Below are positions 12,273 to 25,844 of a stretch of 64,000 nucleotides of DNA, one piece after another (within the stretch, counting starts at the first letter, position 1; every line of letters starts with the position of its first letter). The notes below the pieces were generated by a model. That model saw nothing but the letters and a program-made list of their open reading frames with translations, made no database searches and was not told the DNA's origin. The position numbers were made by a program, and so were the translations under genes. The stretch covers positions 434,001-498,000 of the forward strand of contig NW_027271365.1 in the NCBI RefSeq assembly GCF_040938485.1. Direction: 5' to 3'. The stretch comes from Diadema antillarum (taxonomy: Eukaryota).

Positions 12273-15182
12273 TACTCCTACAATGAATGGCAAGAGTTAC
12301 CAGATTGAAGGTCATACGTGAGTACTTCAGTTTGTTTGTTTGTGTTGTGATCTGCCTTCATAAACTAAGTGTGAGAAGACTCAAGTCATGTCTTGTGAAC
12401 CATGCCCTAGAAGAGTGATGCTGCCTCTGACCTTTTTCCTAAAACAACATTTTATGCATCCTCTGACAATGGTATTAATGGATGCATTGTGTACAATGAA
12501 GGCCTATGAATTCAAATTTTGTCACATATTTGTTTATAATAAATCAGTGATGATGGAATAGTTTCTGAAACTTCATGGCATACAAAATCATGGCACATGT
12601 AAATTAAGAATCACTCATTGTTCATACACAGTTACAGGATATAGGCCTACACATTACTACGAAAAGGGGATAAGTGTCAGTGTATGAATGTATGGGGTTG
12701 CTCCATTTTATAATGCTCTACAGATCATTACAGCCTACAGGGACAATTTTGATGCATGTTTTCACAGGACATTTATATAAGATTGCTTTACATCAGTTGC
12801 CTCCATGAATTATTACATCATTTTACCATGAAATGTTTAATTCTCAATGAAACTGTGGTTATTCCACATTATAAAAGAAAAAATCCAGCTCAACTGGTCT
12901 AATGATATATTTATGACTATAGTACAGTGTACATGTACTGGACTCACGACTACATCTTGTCATAATGTTAGATTTTAGACAGCTGTGTATATGTCTGTAA
13001 AGTCACTTAATAAGAATTCCACCCTTGAATTAGTTTATATAGCATACATGTTTCTAGGACGCATTATATGATACAGTGTTAAATACATGATTGATTTTCA
13101 ACCCTTTTCTGTTTTTGTTTTTGTGTTACCTGATGGAAAAACCAAGATGTAATATATTCTGTGGCAGTAGCATGCCACATTTAATCTCCTACCAAATTCT
13201 CCATCTTTCCATGAACCACAGGGATCTGCAAATGCAATTTTGGTGTCCGTATCCAACACGGGGAACTTACCATACTCTCGAGTCAAATGTGGCAAACAGT
13301 TTTGAGCTGCGAGAACTTCCTATGTGCAGGACAAGAAAACTTTACAGTCTTTAGTTGATTAACAGCAGTAACCCTTCGCATTTAAAGTTTTCGCCGCTTA
13401 CTTCTTGAAAGAGAAGACGGAAACTGGCCTCGGAATGCCATGAACAAGTGTACTACAGTCAACCAGTCCACATCTCATAATGAGGAATGGAGTAGGCTAC
13501 CCTGCGTGTGTGTTCTTGCTTCCTTTGTGTATTCAGGTTGCCCTGAAATTGCTTCGGAAGAGTATAACATGATTACTTTTCTCATGTTCCATGACTTCAT
13601 CTTTTGGATTTACTTTTATTCTATATAATTAAATGAATGAAGAGACAAAAATAACATGTACAGTTAGTGCATGTATATGTACCCATGCACATTCATAAAA
13701 ATGTTGTGTGTGTATTATAAATTGTACATGCTGGAATTTTCACATCGACACGGATGTGTGTGTGCATGTACACATATTATGTATAGTGTCTATGCATATG
13801 TATGTATGTAACTTGAAGTACATAATAGTCTTTAATACCATTCAAGATTGATGCATCCCTTTTCTCAAATCAGCCAAAACCACACAATGGAAATGCCTCT
13901 AACAGTACCAGAACCTTATTTCAATGTGGAAAAGAGGTTGCTCATCCCCCATATCCTGCAATATGTCACAACGGTTATTTCAGCCAACAAAGACAACAAA
14001 AACAGACCACAAAATAATGAGGATAATAGAAATTTTTTTTTAAAAAGCTATAGTAATCAAAACCACCACTTCCTCTCCTTCAGCAATGCAGTTTATTTAC
14101 TGCTGCATGGGTCAATGAATCTTTGCAATTCCTCTGGCGTGAAATCCTTCCCAAGACAAAAGAACCATATGCAATGCCAAAAGATGACAAACACCCCTCA
14201 AAAAAAGAAGCAAAGATCTAAACGTTCACAAACAAAAGAAAAACTAAACATAAGGAAGTAATACGTTTTCGGCACAGACAGCACAAACAAAAGAACCAAA
14301 CAGAATTTTATACTTCAAGCAAAGCATTAGGCACTATTTACTACATGTATGTCAAGTGGAAAGTTGAAGTACAGTACCAAGCCGATGCAAACTTAAGGTG
14401 TGGGCACTGATACCTGTACGCACTGATACTTTCCTGTTGATAGAGCTCTACAGAGTCTGTACATAGCCGGGTTAAAGCCTACAAGGTAAACTTTTATATT
14501 TTCATGGGTATTTTTATATACAAACTGTACTGCTGAAGTCCAAAAAACAAACAAACCGTAAGTGTTTCATGACCGCTAGGCTTATCCAATATACATTCTG
14601 TATACCACCATTCACTAAAATCTTGAAATTCCAAAGATTAAGTATTAGTTTTATTGTTTTTTGTCAGTTAGTTTGTTGTTGCTGTTGTTGTTTTTTACTT
14701 CTAATCAGTGTTTTTTCACAGAAAACTACTGATACCACTCAAATAAATTGGATGTGTTTTATGAATCTGTGCTGAAACAAATTACAATTTGTCTGAATTT
14801 GAAAGCAAACATATATCTGTCCTCTGAAGTATGCATATTTCATGAAGAAATATACCTTCTTGTAATATTAACCACAGCACACAGGTTCCACAAACCTTAA
14901 CATTTCTTATTTGTTTGTTGTTGGGGCTTTTTTCTGATAAATATTTCAAATACTATGGTGCAACTAAAGGTCCATTTCATTTGCAGGGGTGCTACAAAAA
15001 TCTAACCTTTTAGAGAAAACAGTGAACTCATTGTATTCTGGGAACTTTGGAGGTGGAGGGAACTACAATAGCTAGTAGCTCTGTCCTCTCCACAAAGGAA
15101 TTCTTGCCCAAATCCTGCCAAAGCCGGCACTTGGCAAACTTTGGCCTCAGAGATTGCGGCACTGTGGTTTCTCCCCAGAGTC

Positions 15183-15200
15183 CCGTTGCCATGGCAACGG
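15183..15200. promoter_or_regulatory. Perfect RFX X-box palindrome
   Basis: CCGTTGCCATGGCAACGG contains the consensus GTTGCCATGGCAAC; an extra TGGCAAC half-site follows immediately. Confidence 0.6.
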
Positions 15201-15647
15201 AGATTGGCAACCACTGCTGCTGGACTGTCGTAGATCCACTTGTAGCCCACAACCCAACCCCCTTCTCCACCCTCTCCCTTCTTCTTTCCCCATCTCTCCC
15301 TCTCTTTTTCTTTCTCCCTAAATCTCTCTATACGTTTTATTGTAGAGTCTACCTAGGCATGATTCCAAAATATTTTGATAATCCTCCCAAAGTATGATTG
15401 AACTGAGGACGAGCCATTAGGAACAAAGGTCACAACAAGGTCACTCAATGAGTCCAACAGCCATGACTCATTGCCATTTTCCAACAACTGGTTTTTAACT
15501 AGCATTATGAAAGCCATCTCTCTTTCTTTCTTTCTTTTTTTAATGAGGGGGGGGGGGGTCCTCTGCCTATCTCTCATGGAGGGCGTCAGCAACAACCACA
15601 ATACATCATCAGTCATCACACAACACATGGAGCTTTCAAGGGTCTGT

Positions 15648-15944
15648 GGCCGTTTTCACACCAATCGAGAAACGTAATTGTAATGCTGAATTGTAAACAC
15701 AATTGCAATTACGAATTGAATTACTTTCACACAGCCATTTCGCTCCATAATTCTGGTGAAACACGATTCGGAAACACCTCTGGACTGTCATTTCAAACAC
15801 AATTGGGAATTACGATTCAAATCACCCTCCATGATTCCAGTTTGCATTCACACGGCATGAATGCTTAATTTCAAATTTGATTCCAGTGATATGTCATTAC
15901 AATCGTGTTTCAAATTAAGCACTCTAGGTATGTGTGAAAGCAAG
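15648..15944. mobile_element. Degenerate Harbinger-like MITE
   Basis: GGCCGTTTTCACAC ... GTGTGAAAGC weak TIR; internal duplicated aaacacaattg..aattacga.t motif. Confidence 0.4.
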
Positions 15945-17140
15945 GTGTATGATCTACAGCCTGGTGGGCTTATTTGCTTGAATTAAAGAAATAGTTTGTG
16001 GTACACATGCATATTTTTTCCATTTCCAACGTTCAAAGCAAGAAAAGATTGCACGTTCACATTAGTGAAACAGCTCAAGAAGGAATGCTGTACCAACTGC
16101 ACTCTATTTCTTAAAAGAAAGTTTAAATAAGCTGTCAACTTTTTTGATGCTCTGGATGTGCAAGAAACTATTCACAAACTTTGGTTTTTAAAACGATCAT
16201 AGAAATACCTATAGATGTATTTCTTCATAGAAGAATGCTGCATTTCCATAACTTACTTCAGAGCACACTGATCAAAACTAGCATAAATAAAATATATTAA
16301 ACACAACCGAACAACTTCGTCTTATACAATCGTACAATGTATATCGAGAATGAACAAGGACTGTAGGAGAGCAGGACCATCTCTAACGATCGAAATCTCC
16401 TAAAATCGTGACTCAAGAGTTTCCCCTGTTCACAAATCCACCTGTTTAGGACCATGCTGAGCACTGTGTCTAATTAATCTGAGAGCACACAGGGGGACTG
16501 ATCAGTAATATTGCATAACATGATGAAAGGGGTAACAGTTGAGGTGCTGAGGTAAGCCAAGGCACTCATCTAGTCACCACCATGATCAGTCAATAGTACA
16601 TATGGAATGTACCCTACACATATTGTGGAAGCACCTACTTTTGTACATAACACTCAATGTAACAGATGTACATGCAGACCTGCAAGATGGCACCTGCCTG
16701 ATTCAATGCACAACAAGGCAGAGACATGCTCTTGGTCTCAAATTTAAGATCCATTTATTTCAAATATACAGATAAAAATAAAACCTTTACAGCATGTTCT
16801 GTTACACTGATAAATTAACTCATAGACATGCATGAGAGGGCATGACATTGAAAACTGAGAATACAAAAGAAAATGAAAGTTTACGGCCACTTTAAATGGC
16901 ACTTAATTAAAAGAAATGGTCTAATAAGTTGGTGTTCCAAGGGAAAATGAAAAAAGAAATACAAATGGAGTTTACTATCATTTGGTCACGTACAGCCATG
17001 ATCCAATTTATCACTCATTAAATATCAATGCTGCATGGCACTTCTGCATTTTTGATCACGTTTTCTTCACCACAAGACATTTCATATTCAACAAGACAGA
17101 GATTGATAAAACAGACAATGCTATGAACACCATGAACAAT

Positions 17141-17900
17141 GAGCGTGTTTCTACTGAGAGCACCTCACATCCCTGGCATCGCCACGAATTTTGTCCAACG
17201 CAGCACCTCGTATTTTACGACCACTCGAGCTGTTTCTACTGAGCGATAAAATACAAGGTGATGCAAAGGTGACGTGCAAATGCGGCGATTCCGGAAGTCA
17301 GGTATTTTTAAGTCACAGATTGGGTCACGCGCGCACTGCCTGACAATACAAATTGAAATACATTTGTACTAAGTAACACGGTGTAAAATCAAAGTAAGTG
17401 ATGAGGGCTTTCTAGTATAAATGCAATAAGTTAGGCTGTTAATCATGCGAACAATAGACAATGAATGCCACAATTCACACGTAACGTAACGTATAGGGCC
17501 TATAACACGTACACGAGCGAGTTGGTACAAACAAAGCATGATGCGAACACGGTCGCTGTGTGTACACACGTATTTTGTACACATGTGTCGAAGGAGTGTG
17601 TGCGATGAACCAATTGAAAAGCGCGGGGAAAAATTCTAGACGTCCGATACACCACGAATTTCGCTACCCGGTGTGTTTCTACTGAGAATCGTCCTTCGCG
17701 TCACCACGCATCGACCACCTCAATAGGTGGACGACGGAGCACCTCGCATCATCCAACATCGGCCACTACCCGATCTGTTTCTACTGAGGAAAAATTCGAG
17801 GTGTCACCACGCATCGGCCGGTATTGGCCGGCATCGGCCGGTATCACCACACATCGGCTGGCATCACCTCAAATTTTCGTCGCTCAGTAGAAACACGCTC
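17141..17900. mobile_element. PIF/Harbinger-like MITE
   Basis: Perfect 18-bp TIR GAGCGTGTTTCTACTGAG / CTCAGTAGAAACACGCTC; TGTTTCTACTGAG recurs internally three more times. The 3-bp flanks are imperfect (aat/aaa). Confidence 0.75.
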
Positions 17901-20614
17901 AAAGTCTGCAATGCAGGGCAGGGAAAAATGGTTGAATGGTAAAGTTCTTGTACGTAGGTGGCATCATAAAAAAGAACCCACACTGTACATATTTGTACTT
18001 TGAGAGGATATTGCTGTCAGTTAGTATTGGTTTAAGAAAGAAAAAATAGAATTTGACAGATTTTCTAAAGGCCTGAATCTGTGATTATTCTGTCATACAA
18101 CATAAAGAGAAGCTGGTTATTAGTCTAGTCCTGAAAACTTTTCTATCAACACAACTTGTGAAGATGGTTTATTTACTACTGGATGATCTGAATGCCCTAT
18201 CGGTTTGCTATTTCCTTTTAGTCAACTGTGAATAAACTGCATACATGATATGCACAAAAAATGTTGTCATAAATCTCTGTAAAGTATATGTATCAGTGTA
18301 GGGTAAAACTGTATGATTCCTTTATGAATCACCATGTTTGCAGTTTGCCCCTCCAGCAAACTTCTACAGTGTCTTTTTTTTTCCACACTGAGTATAAAGT
18401 CTAACTCCTATCAAGACACAATGCATACATGGATGTCTAATAATATTCTCCATTACATGAAGAAATATGAATCAGTTAATTGCTAATTAATCCTTCCATC
18501 CATCTACAATAATGCAAACACACCCATAACTGCACATGTTGCATACATTCATACATAGGAGACCTACAATTGTACACACAAATGTGCATAAATACTAATT
18601 TTAAAAATGGATAATACTTGATAAATGAACCAGCCAATTTATAGCAAAGAAAAGAAAGGGCATGTAATATTCATTTTGTTGGTCTGCCACTACTACACAT
18701 GGCTTTAAACAAATAAAACTTTATGACCATATTTCCTGTATGATTCGGGAAGTAAACAATGACTTTTCCACGGTCCACCCCCCCCCCCCCCCAAAAAAAA
18801 AACAGAAGAAAGTAATAATAATTATACACAGATTTTTTTTTTTAAACCTAAAATCTGTTTGGAAGCAATTTCAGGAAATTGACTGGGGTTGCACATACGA
18901 TGCACATTGCAACATTCTCAGAATTGAATAAAAATGTAGGGTGCACAGCAAGAATTGGGCTTACTAGAGATTATGCAAAAGTGGAATTAAATGCCACACT
19001 GGAAGCTACCACCTGCCCATGAGCTACAGCATGCAGGGATGATCATATTTCCCTGCCTTTTGCAGGCTATCATCTTGACTATAGCTAATGAATATTCTGG
19101 AAAAAGATTGACAGTTGAGTTGAGAGGTTACAACGGAAATCATATGATAAACATATTGTATATTTGTGCAAATGTGAGTTAACTTTAATAAACTATATGA
19201 CAAGGCAAACATGCTGTACCAAAGATTTTAATCCCATCCCCAATGATTAGTTATCATTCCTTTTATGTTGTACATATTTCAGTAAATTGTATTATGATAG
19301 ACTTTGTTGTAATACTCTAGGGGTAGAAGTAATACTGTATCTGCCATGTAATTTGTGAATTGGGACTTGCGAAAGACATTTTTGTGAGTGGTTAAATTTG
19401 GGATAGAGAATCATAGCATAGGAGTGCAAAATAAACCTCTTAACAGGACAAAAATTCTATGATTTCCCACCTTGGCAAGGGATATTACACAGGGCATGGC
19501 ATTATGGGTAGCAATACTTTCACAAGATATCGATTCCACAAGTATCATATATGTAACTCGTAAAAATTCCACAAAAATAAAAACACAGCAAAATTATAAA
19601 ACATATTTCATCATGTCAGGATATTTTTTGTGTTTTTGTTTTTAACTATACATCATTTCCTGTACTACAAACCATCACAGCTTTTCATCTAAATCAGTCA
19701 TACACAAATGCACACACACACACACACATACATACATACCAAAAAAAGAAAAAACAAAAACAAAAACAAGAACTATAGCCACACTGTGCAACCTAACACC
19801 TGTATTCTTCGTTTTCTTCAAGAGCAAAAAAACCTGTCACAAACACAAAATATATTAGTCATGGAATGTCTAGCTACAATCCATTCATTTCAAGAGAAAA
19901 GTGTCTGAATTTGGTGAGAACAAGAATATCTCTCATATTTCCTTTGCAATTTGCACAAACAACCATAATACCTCTGGTGAAGGTTGGAAACATGTACAGT
20001 CTGTAGCAGTAACTGACTCTCACTATCAAAGGAGAGGAAAAAAACTCAGAGTGCCGCCAATTCAAATCCAGAGCATACTACAAAGCTTAAGATGGATTAG
20101 ATTAATGTTATCATAATCCCTCTCCCTGCCATGGGAACACATGAAGAGATACAAATAGCAACAGATTCAGTTAATCTCCGTGACCCCATTGATTGCGTAC
20201 ACGGAATCATCCCTGTTTAATTAGTTGTACTGCAAATTAAGTCCCTCTGAATGTATAAGCAGACTGGACAAAACAATTCTCATGACTGTAACCATCAATC
20301 ATAAAGTCTCTACAAGTGTATTTTGCTTTCTCTCTCCATCTCTTTTTCATTCAGTAGGCTTATCTCTTTCTCTCTTTCTATTCTTATCATGTAATGGTGC
20401 TAAAGATATCTTTTGAATATTCTATATATGGAAAAAGAGGTGATAATATATATCCACATTTATCAAGTGACTTTCAAACCCTTCAAGGAACCCTTTAAGA
20501 TTGGCAAAGAATTTATTTGTAGATTTGTTTCAGTGTATTTCATGCGCAGCTGCTAATCAAGTCTATATCTTTGGTTTCGTTTAAAATCATGTCTAGCTGT
20601 GCATAGTTTATTAC

Positions 20615-20700
20615 CCCATTGGGGACGAGCTGATTTTGCTATAACACACATTTCCAAAAAAACACCAGCATGAGTATACTCGAGACTAGTCTTCAATGAG
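20615..20700. mobile_element. Old degenerate copy of the 85-bp mini-MITE
   Basis: ttac|CCCATTGGGGACGAGCTGATTTTGCTATAACACACATTTCC...GAGTATACTCGAGACTAGTCTTCAATGAG|ttga aligns end to end with the other two copies. Confidence 0.7.
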
Positions 20701-21991
20701 TTGAATGTTCTACGATCATTGAGTCCATCTTTGCTCCCTAAAGAATCATGCCATGCATGCCCTATAAAAGAAAATGCTATTGATGCCGATATCAGGACCC
20801 AAAATGTAAAATGTAGCAGGTAATGTTTGGCACACAAAGCAAGTGAGTCAGTGTCCTCATCATTTTGTTTGTTTTGTTTGTTTGTTTGTTTGTTTCACTT
20901 GCGTTTCAGTTTTCCTGCACATGAAATTAATACCATCTCAGCCAGTCTTGACCAGTATACATTGTTGTATCACATGCGCTCAACGCATATCATGAAAACT
21001 TGACTCACTGCCATTTACAATCTAATGCAAAAATCTGAGATTGGGATTGATTTACAGTAGAGCGAGGTGGCAGTGGCTGGTCTTGTTGCTTCACTTGGCC
21101 ACACCATACTGAAATAGGAGTAAGAAGCAGTCCCTTATCGTAATTCATATTCTGTGCGCAGTGAAAGAATGCATTGTGACATTGATATGCTGCAAATGCA
21201 TCACCACAGTGTACGTTTGCTAGCTCTCGCTTTGCTAATGTCGACACTTGATCATGGGATTAGTGTGAGGGAGAAGAATGAGAACCTACAGTATGAGTGC
21301 TTTCATACTGATAATAAAAAAAAGTTGTTTGTAATCACGTTTCCAAAGCATTCCCCCCCCCCCCCATTTCACATGGTAAGAGTTACACGGTATTCATTGT
21401 AGACACTGAAATGAAATAAACCTTCTTCCCAACTGATGACTTTAAAGCACATCCCATTCAACAGCAGTATCACAAACTTTTATGTCATGACCCGTCAATT
21501 AATTATGCACCACTCTATGCTTGCACGCCAGAGTTCATTCCAATATGCAGGCACCACAGCTAAAACAATCATGATCTACATTCAGGCTGAGCTACAATGC
21601 AAAGCTTTCAATGTTATACCATCACACTGCAATACCAGTTGCTAGTGACAGTCAAAACTTAATTCACAGACAGATGTGTGAGCTCTGCAAGGCAAAATAG
21701 CTACAATAAACAGGAAAGAGAAAACCCAAGGGCCAGCTTTGGCAGAGGGTGATCCGACCATCTTCCATTGAAAAGAGTGCAACCAATTATCAGCCGCACA
21801 GGAGCAATGAATTACAGTCAGTTAGTCAAAATCTCCCTCTGTATGCCTTTGAAGTTATGACAGCCAGGGGAAAATCTTGCTTGAGAACAGTCCATGGCTC
21901 AAAAAATGGGTTTTCTCAATTTTCCTTTCCCTGTTTGCAAGTACAGTAATTGTAGATAATATTTTGAAAAATTGCAATTTGATTTGTCCAA

Positions 21992-22773
21992 GGCTGCGTT
22001 CATGCGAAACTAGAATTGCGTTTCTAAACATGTCGCTAAACGTGTTTAGTTGCGTTGCGTTCATGCGATTTTTCCATTTAAACGCGTTTCAAAACGCCGA
22101 TCTGAAACGCGGAAAAAAGGGCGTTTTGAATCATGATTCTGCCAGAATCACGATCGCAGAAGCCGCATGAACGCAACCGTGATTTCAATCATGATTCTAT
22201 GACGTCATTGTGCGCTGTGCCCATGCGTGTCTAATGGGGTATCCCACAGCTTCTTGTTCTGTTCGCGCGCTTGTGTACGTCTTATGAATCGTGTGTGTCG
22301 GTATCAAACTTGCATTTGTTGGTTTACATCAACGCCACACACCGATTCTATGCTAGTATATAGCTGTTTAATATAATAATACATGTAATTACTCTCCCAT
22401 TGAGTTGATAATAGTAGTGGCTGCAGCGCTGTGTCTACCAAGGGAAGCAATTGGAGAGACGAAGAATTAAGATTTTTCGATCTGTGGGCAGAGCCTGAAT
22501 GCCACATCTTATTGAAAAGTATTCACCGAAATATAAACGTAAAGGCCTATAATAAACTGACTGATCAGTTGGCATAAGGTGGTCTGGCTCGAGTTGCAGA
22601 GACAAGGTGAAACTGCGCAGTATGCTGCGCAATGGCAAAGAATGAGCAGCGCCAGAATCAGCGTCGCAAAAGTCCGCATGAACGCTCTTCCGCTGAGACC
22701 GTGATTTGAAACGCCGTTTTGAATCATGATTCATGTTTGTGATTCTGGCTAAAAAATTCGCATGAACGCGGCC
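21992..22773 (+). mobile_element. PIF/Harbinger deletion derivative retaining a Myb/SANT-like relic
   Basis: TIR GGCTGCGTTCATGCG / CGCATGAACGCGGCC with flanks caa/taa. 22440-22620 translates to KGSNWRDEELRFFDLWAEPECHILLKSIHRNINVKAYNKLTDQLA*GGL, then a frameshift to CRDKVKLR. Confidence 0.8.
22440..22620 (+). pseudogene. Myb/SANT-like (trihelix) DNA-binding domain fragment of Harbinger ORF
   Basis: Matches the recalled pattern NWxxEE...lW.e......RN..vy..i...L...G..R...qCrdKvK.Lr, with one stop and one frameshift. Confidence 0.7.
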
Positions 22774-25759
22774 TAAAAGGGAAGAAGTCATGAACTCTCA
22801 TTTGTTTTTGCTGTTTGTCGTAAAAATATAATAGAAAAGCCAATTCAGAGAGCAATTTGAAGGAAAGAGGAACACTCATGGGAGTCATTCCAGTCATATG
22901 ACTTGGGTGGTCATGTGACACAGATGCCCAAGTCACTGTATGCTATGTATTCACATATTCATGTATCTATATATTTCCATATTTGCCAGGTCAGGCAAGG
23001 CCCCTGGCGAGTTTTCTAGTTTCCATAAGCACTCTGTCAGAAAAGACACTCAATATAAAAAGTTTTGAATATAGTTGTACATATCATGAATATGCTGGTT
23101 ACTGCTCCATTTCCAGACATTTGCAAACCAATAAGCTTTCTTTCATTTCTTCCAAATTTCTGTATAAATTTTACAGTACTGATCAGATTGACCTGGGCCA
23201 TGTTTCATACAGTACTTTACAACATTACCGCGACATGGTAAAATTGCAATGATTGCAGTCAACACAACAGCTTAAAATTGCTAATTCATAACACTTGACA
23301 ACACACTGGTACCCAAGATATTCATAAGTACATGAGTAAATACCACACAAAAGCAAGTACTATCGCACCAATTTCCATTTTCCCATTAAAATCTCCTCTT
23401 TGAATTGAATTATTCAAAGTCATCCCTCATCATTAATTCAGATGTGGTTTAAATACAGGTGCACTTCTACTTCCCCTTTTAATTCTATTAAGACAGGCTT
23501 GAAAGGACGCAGTAATCTGAATGATCTATTCTGCCACAAGTTGGGCTACTCCATTAGCACTTCCTGTCATCAATCATGTACAACCATTAGATGGTGAGGA
23601 TTTTGTTCTGATCATTGTTGGACATGTCATGTTGTGGAAGTTCTTTGAGCTGTGGCTTCTCTTAATTAATCATCACTGCTACGTCATAATGGAATAAAAT
23701 CCCACTACTGTCCTGCTTTTGTGTGACTTCCCAAGAAAGCATTGATCAAACCTTGATGGGGGACTGATTTCACACTAATGTTCCGGTTTCGATTCCTCAC
23801 GTGAACGTAGGCCGTCTTCTCCGAATCCTGCTAAAATGCAAAAAGTGTTGTTCTGTCATGTGTATACAAACAAAATGCTGCTTACACCTCCCTCCCCCCC
23901 CCTTTTTTTTTGCAACAAAGTCGGACAATCTGTGCGCATCTCTCTAAGTGCTTACTGATCCATGCAGAGCTCTCTGCTTTCAGACCGAGACTAAACGTCA
24001 GCCACAGCGGAGGCCGAGAGGATTCTATGTGAAGCCGAGCGAGATGTTACTGCACTGTTATGGCAAAAATCCACATGTACTCAGGAGCACGGCTTTTGCG
24101 GTTCCATTGCGGTAAAACTTTTCTGGCAGGACAAAAACAACAACAACAACAACAACAATATACATGTACCGTACAGATCTACTAGAAAGCTACCCATGTC
24201 ACTTGCACTCCTATGTAACCTACTTATTGATCTATTTTCAAAAAATCACAGCATTAAAACAGTTATCTGTGAATACATATTCTCTAAAGCAGACTGTCAA
24301 AGTTTTGCTCATTATTACATGTACACCACTGCAGTAAAACCAACAAATAGAACAAAGAAAATCAATGTCCATGATTTAGGAAACAGAAGCATTGATTCAA
24401 AGATATTTAATAACAAATAGTAAAACATGAAGACACATACTCTAAAAATATCATTCCATACAAAATGTGACAATGGGGCCAGTGACTGGGATATATAGTG
24501 GAGGTACAGTACATGCTGTCATGGCAAATTATGAAACTGCCCTTCAGCATCCAACAATTTTCTCCTTAATAGGGATTGATATAAAATTCAGCATTATGTT
24601 TATTGCCTCTATAACACACCCTTTAAATGTGATGAAAACCCACTTTGAATCATGAAGAAAGACAGTCATTTTAAAAGATTGGCTGGTATTTGCCTTTATA
24701 AAATCTTTTCACAAGTCATGTTATTACTGACTTCACTGATAATCTACAATGTATCTCACAATACAAGTCACAACACAGTTTAAAATACCTGAAATGGGAA
24801 ACTGCTCTTTACGAACAACACTGCGAATGGACAGCCATAACATTTGAATGGATTTTCAAATATCAGGTATTGCGGCATGGCGACGACTTTAAACAGCGAT
24901 TCACGCCTCTGAAGTGAGCCAAAATTGACACATCTCCCTCAATTGCCCTGTCCCTGGGTCCCAATCAATATTCCCACTCGGTACTATCATAACTCTAAAT
25001 TAAGGTCACGGGGGAAATCAATAATTGTCCGCTTGGATTTGGCGTGCAACGTTCGGCCAATTTGAACGCCAGCAGCACATATGGGTAAGACACGACGCGG
25101 ATGCAACATTTCGCCCAATTGGTCTGTCAATCAAAGCGTTTAAATAGTTTGACTGTCAATACCGAACACTGTACATTTAAATGCAACGTAATAAATGCAC
25201 AGGGACAATGTGCGGTAGTAATGAGACATGATATCATGGGAAGTACAGAGCAAAGATATGACTGGTGCTAGATGAATGGGAGATCAGATACCAGTTGGGA
25301 AGAAACAAAACAGGCAAAATTAAACAATCATAGAATTGTACATTTGTTAATGTATACTGGATTGAAGAAGTTTAACCATAAAGCTGTTACCGGTATGTAT
25401 TTTGTCATGATACCATCCCAAGAGTGCTCATGTTTTCACCTGGTCATTATTACCTCCATTAAGGAGGCTATATTTTTGCCGACATTGGTTTGTCTGTCTG
25501 TTTGCAAAATAACTAAAAATAGTGTGAACTGATTTGGATGAAATTTCCAAGAAAATTTTATAAAGTCACAACAAACAGACTGCTCTTTGGATCCAGATTT
25601 TTTTTCAGCTTTTTTTTTTTTTTTAGAAGTCTTTATCATTGGCAAATGGGACCAGCAAACCAGGGAATTCAAGGTGCATGGTACAAGCTGTATGTATTTG
25701 AGGTGTGCATACATGCACTGATGAGCGTGAGCTCAAGGCGCAGCAGGAAGCTACATTAA

Positions 25760-25844
25760 CCCGTTGAGGACGAGTCCCGAGTATACTCGGGCAAGGGTCT
25801 ATTGGAAATGCGTGTTGTAGTGAAATCAGCCCGTCCTCAGTGGG
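25760..25844. mobile_element. 85-bp piggyBac-like mini-MITE
   Basis: TTAA|CCCGTTGAGGACG ... CGTCCTCAGTGGG|TTAA, with internal perfect palindrome CCCGAGTATACTCGGG. Confidence 0.85.
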
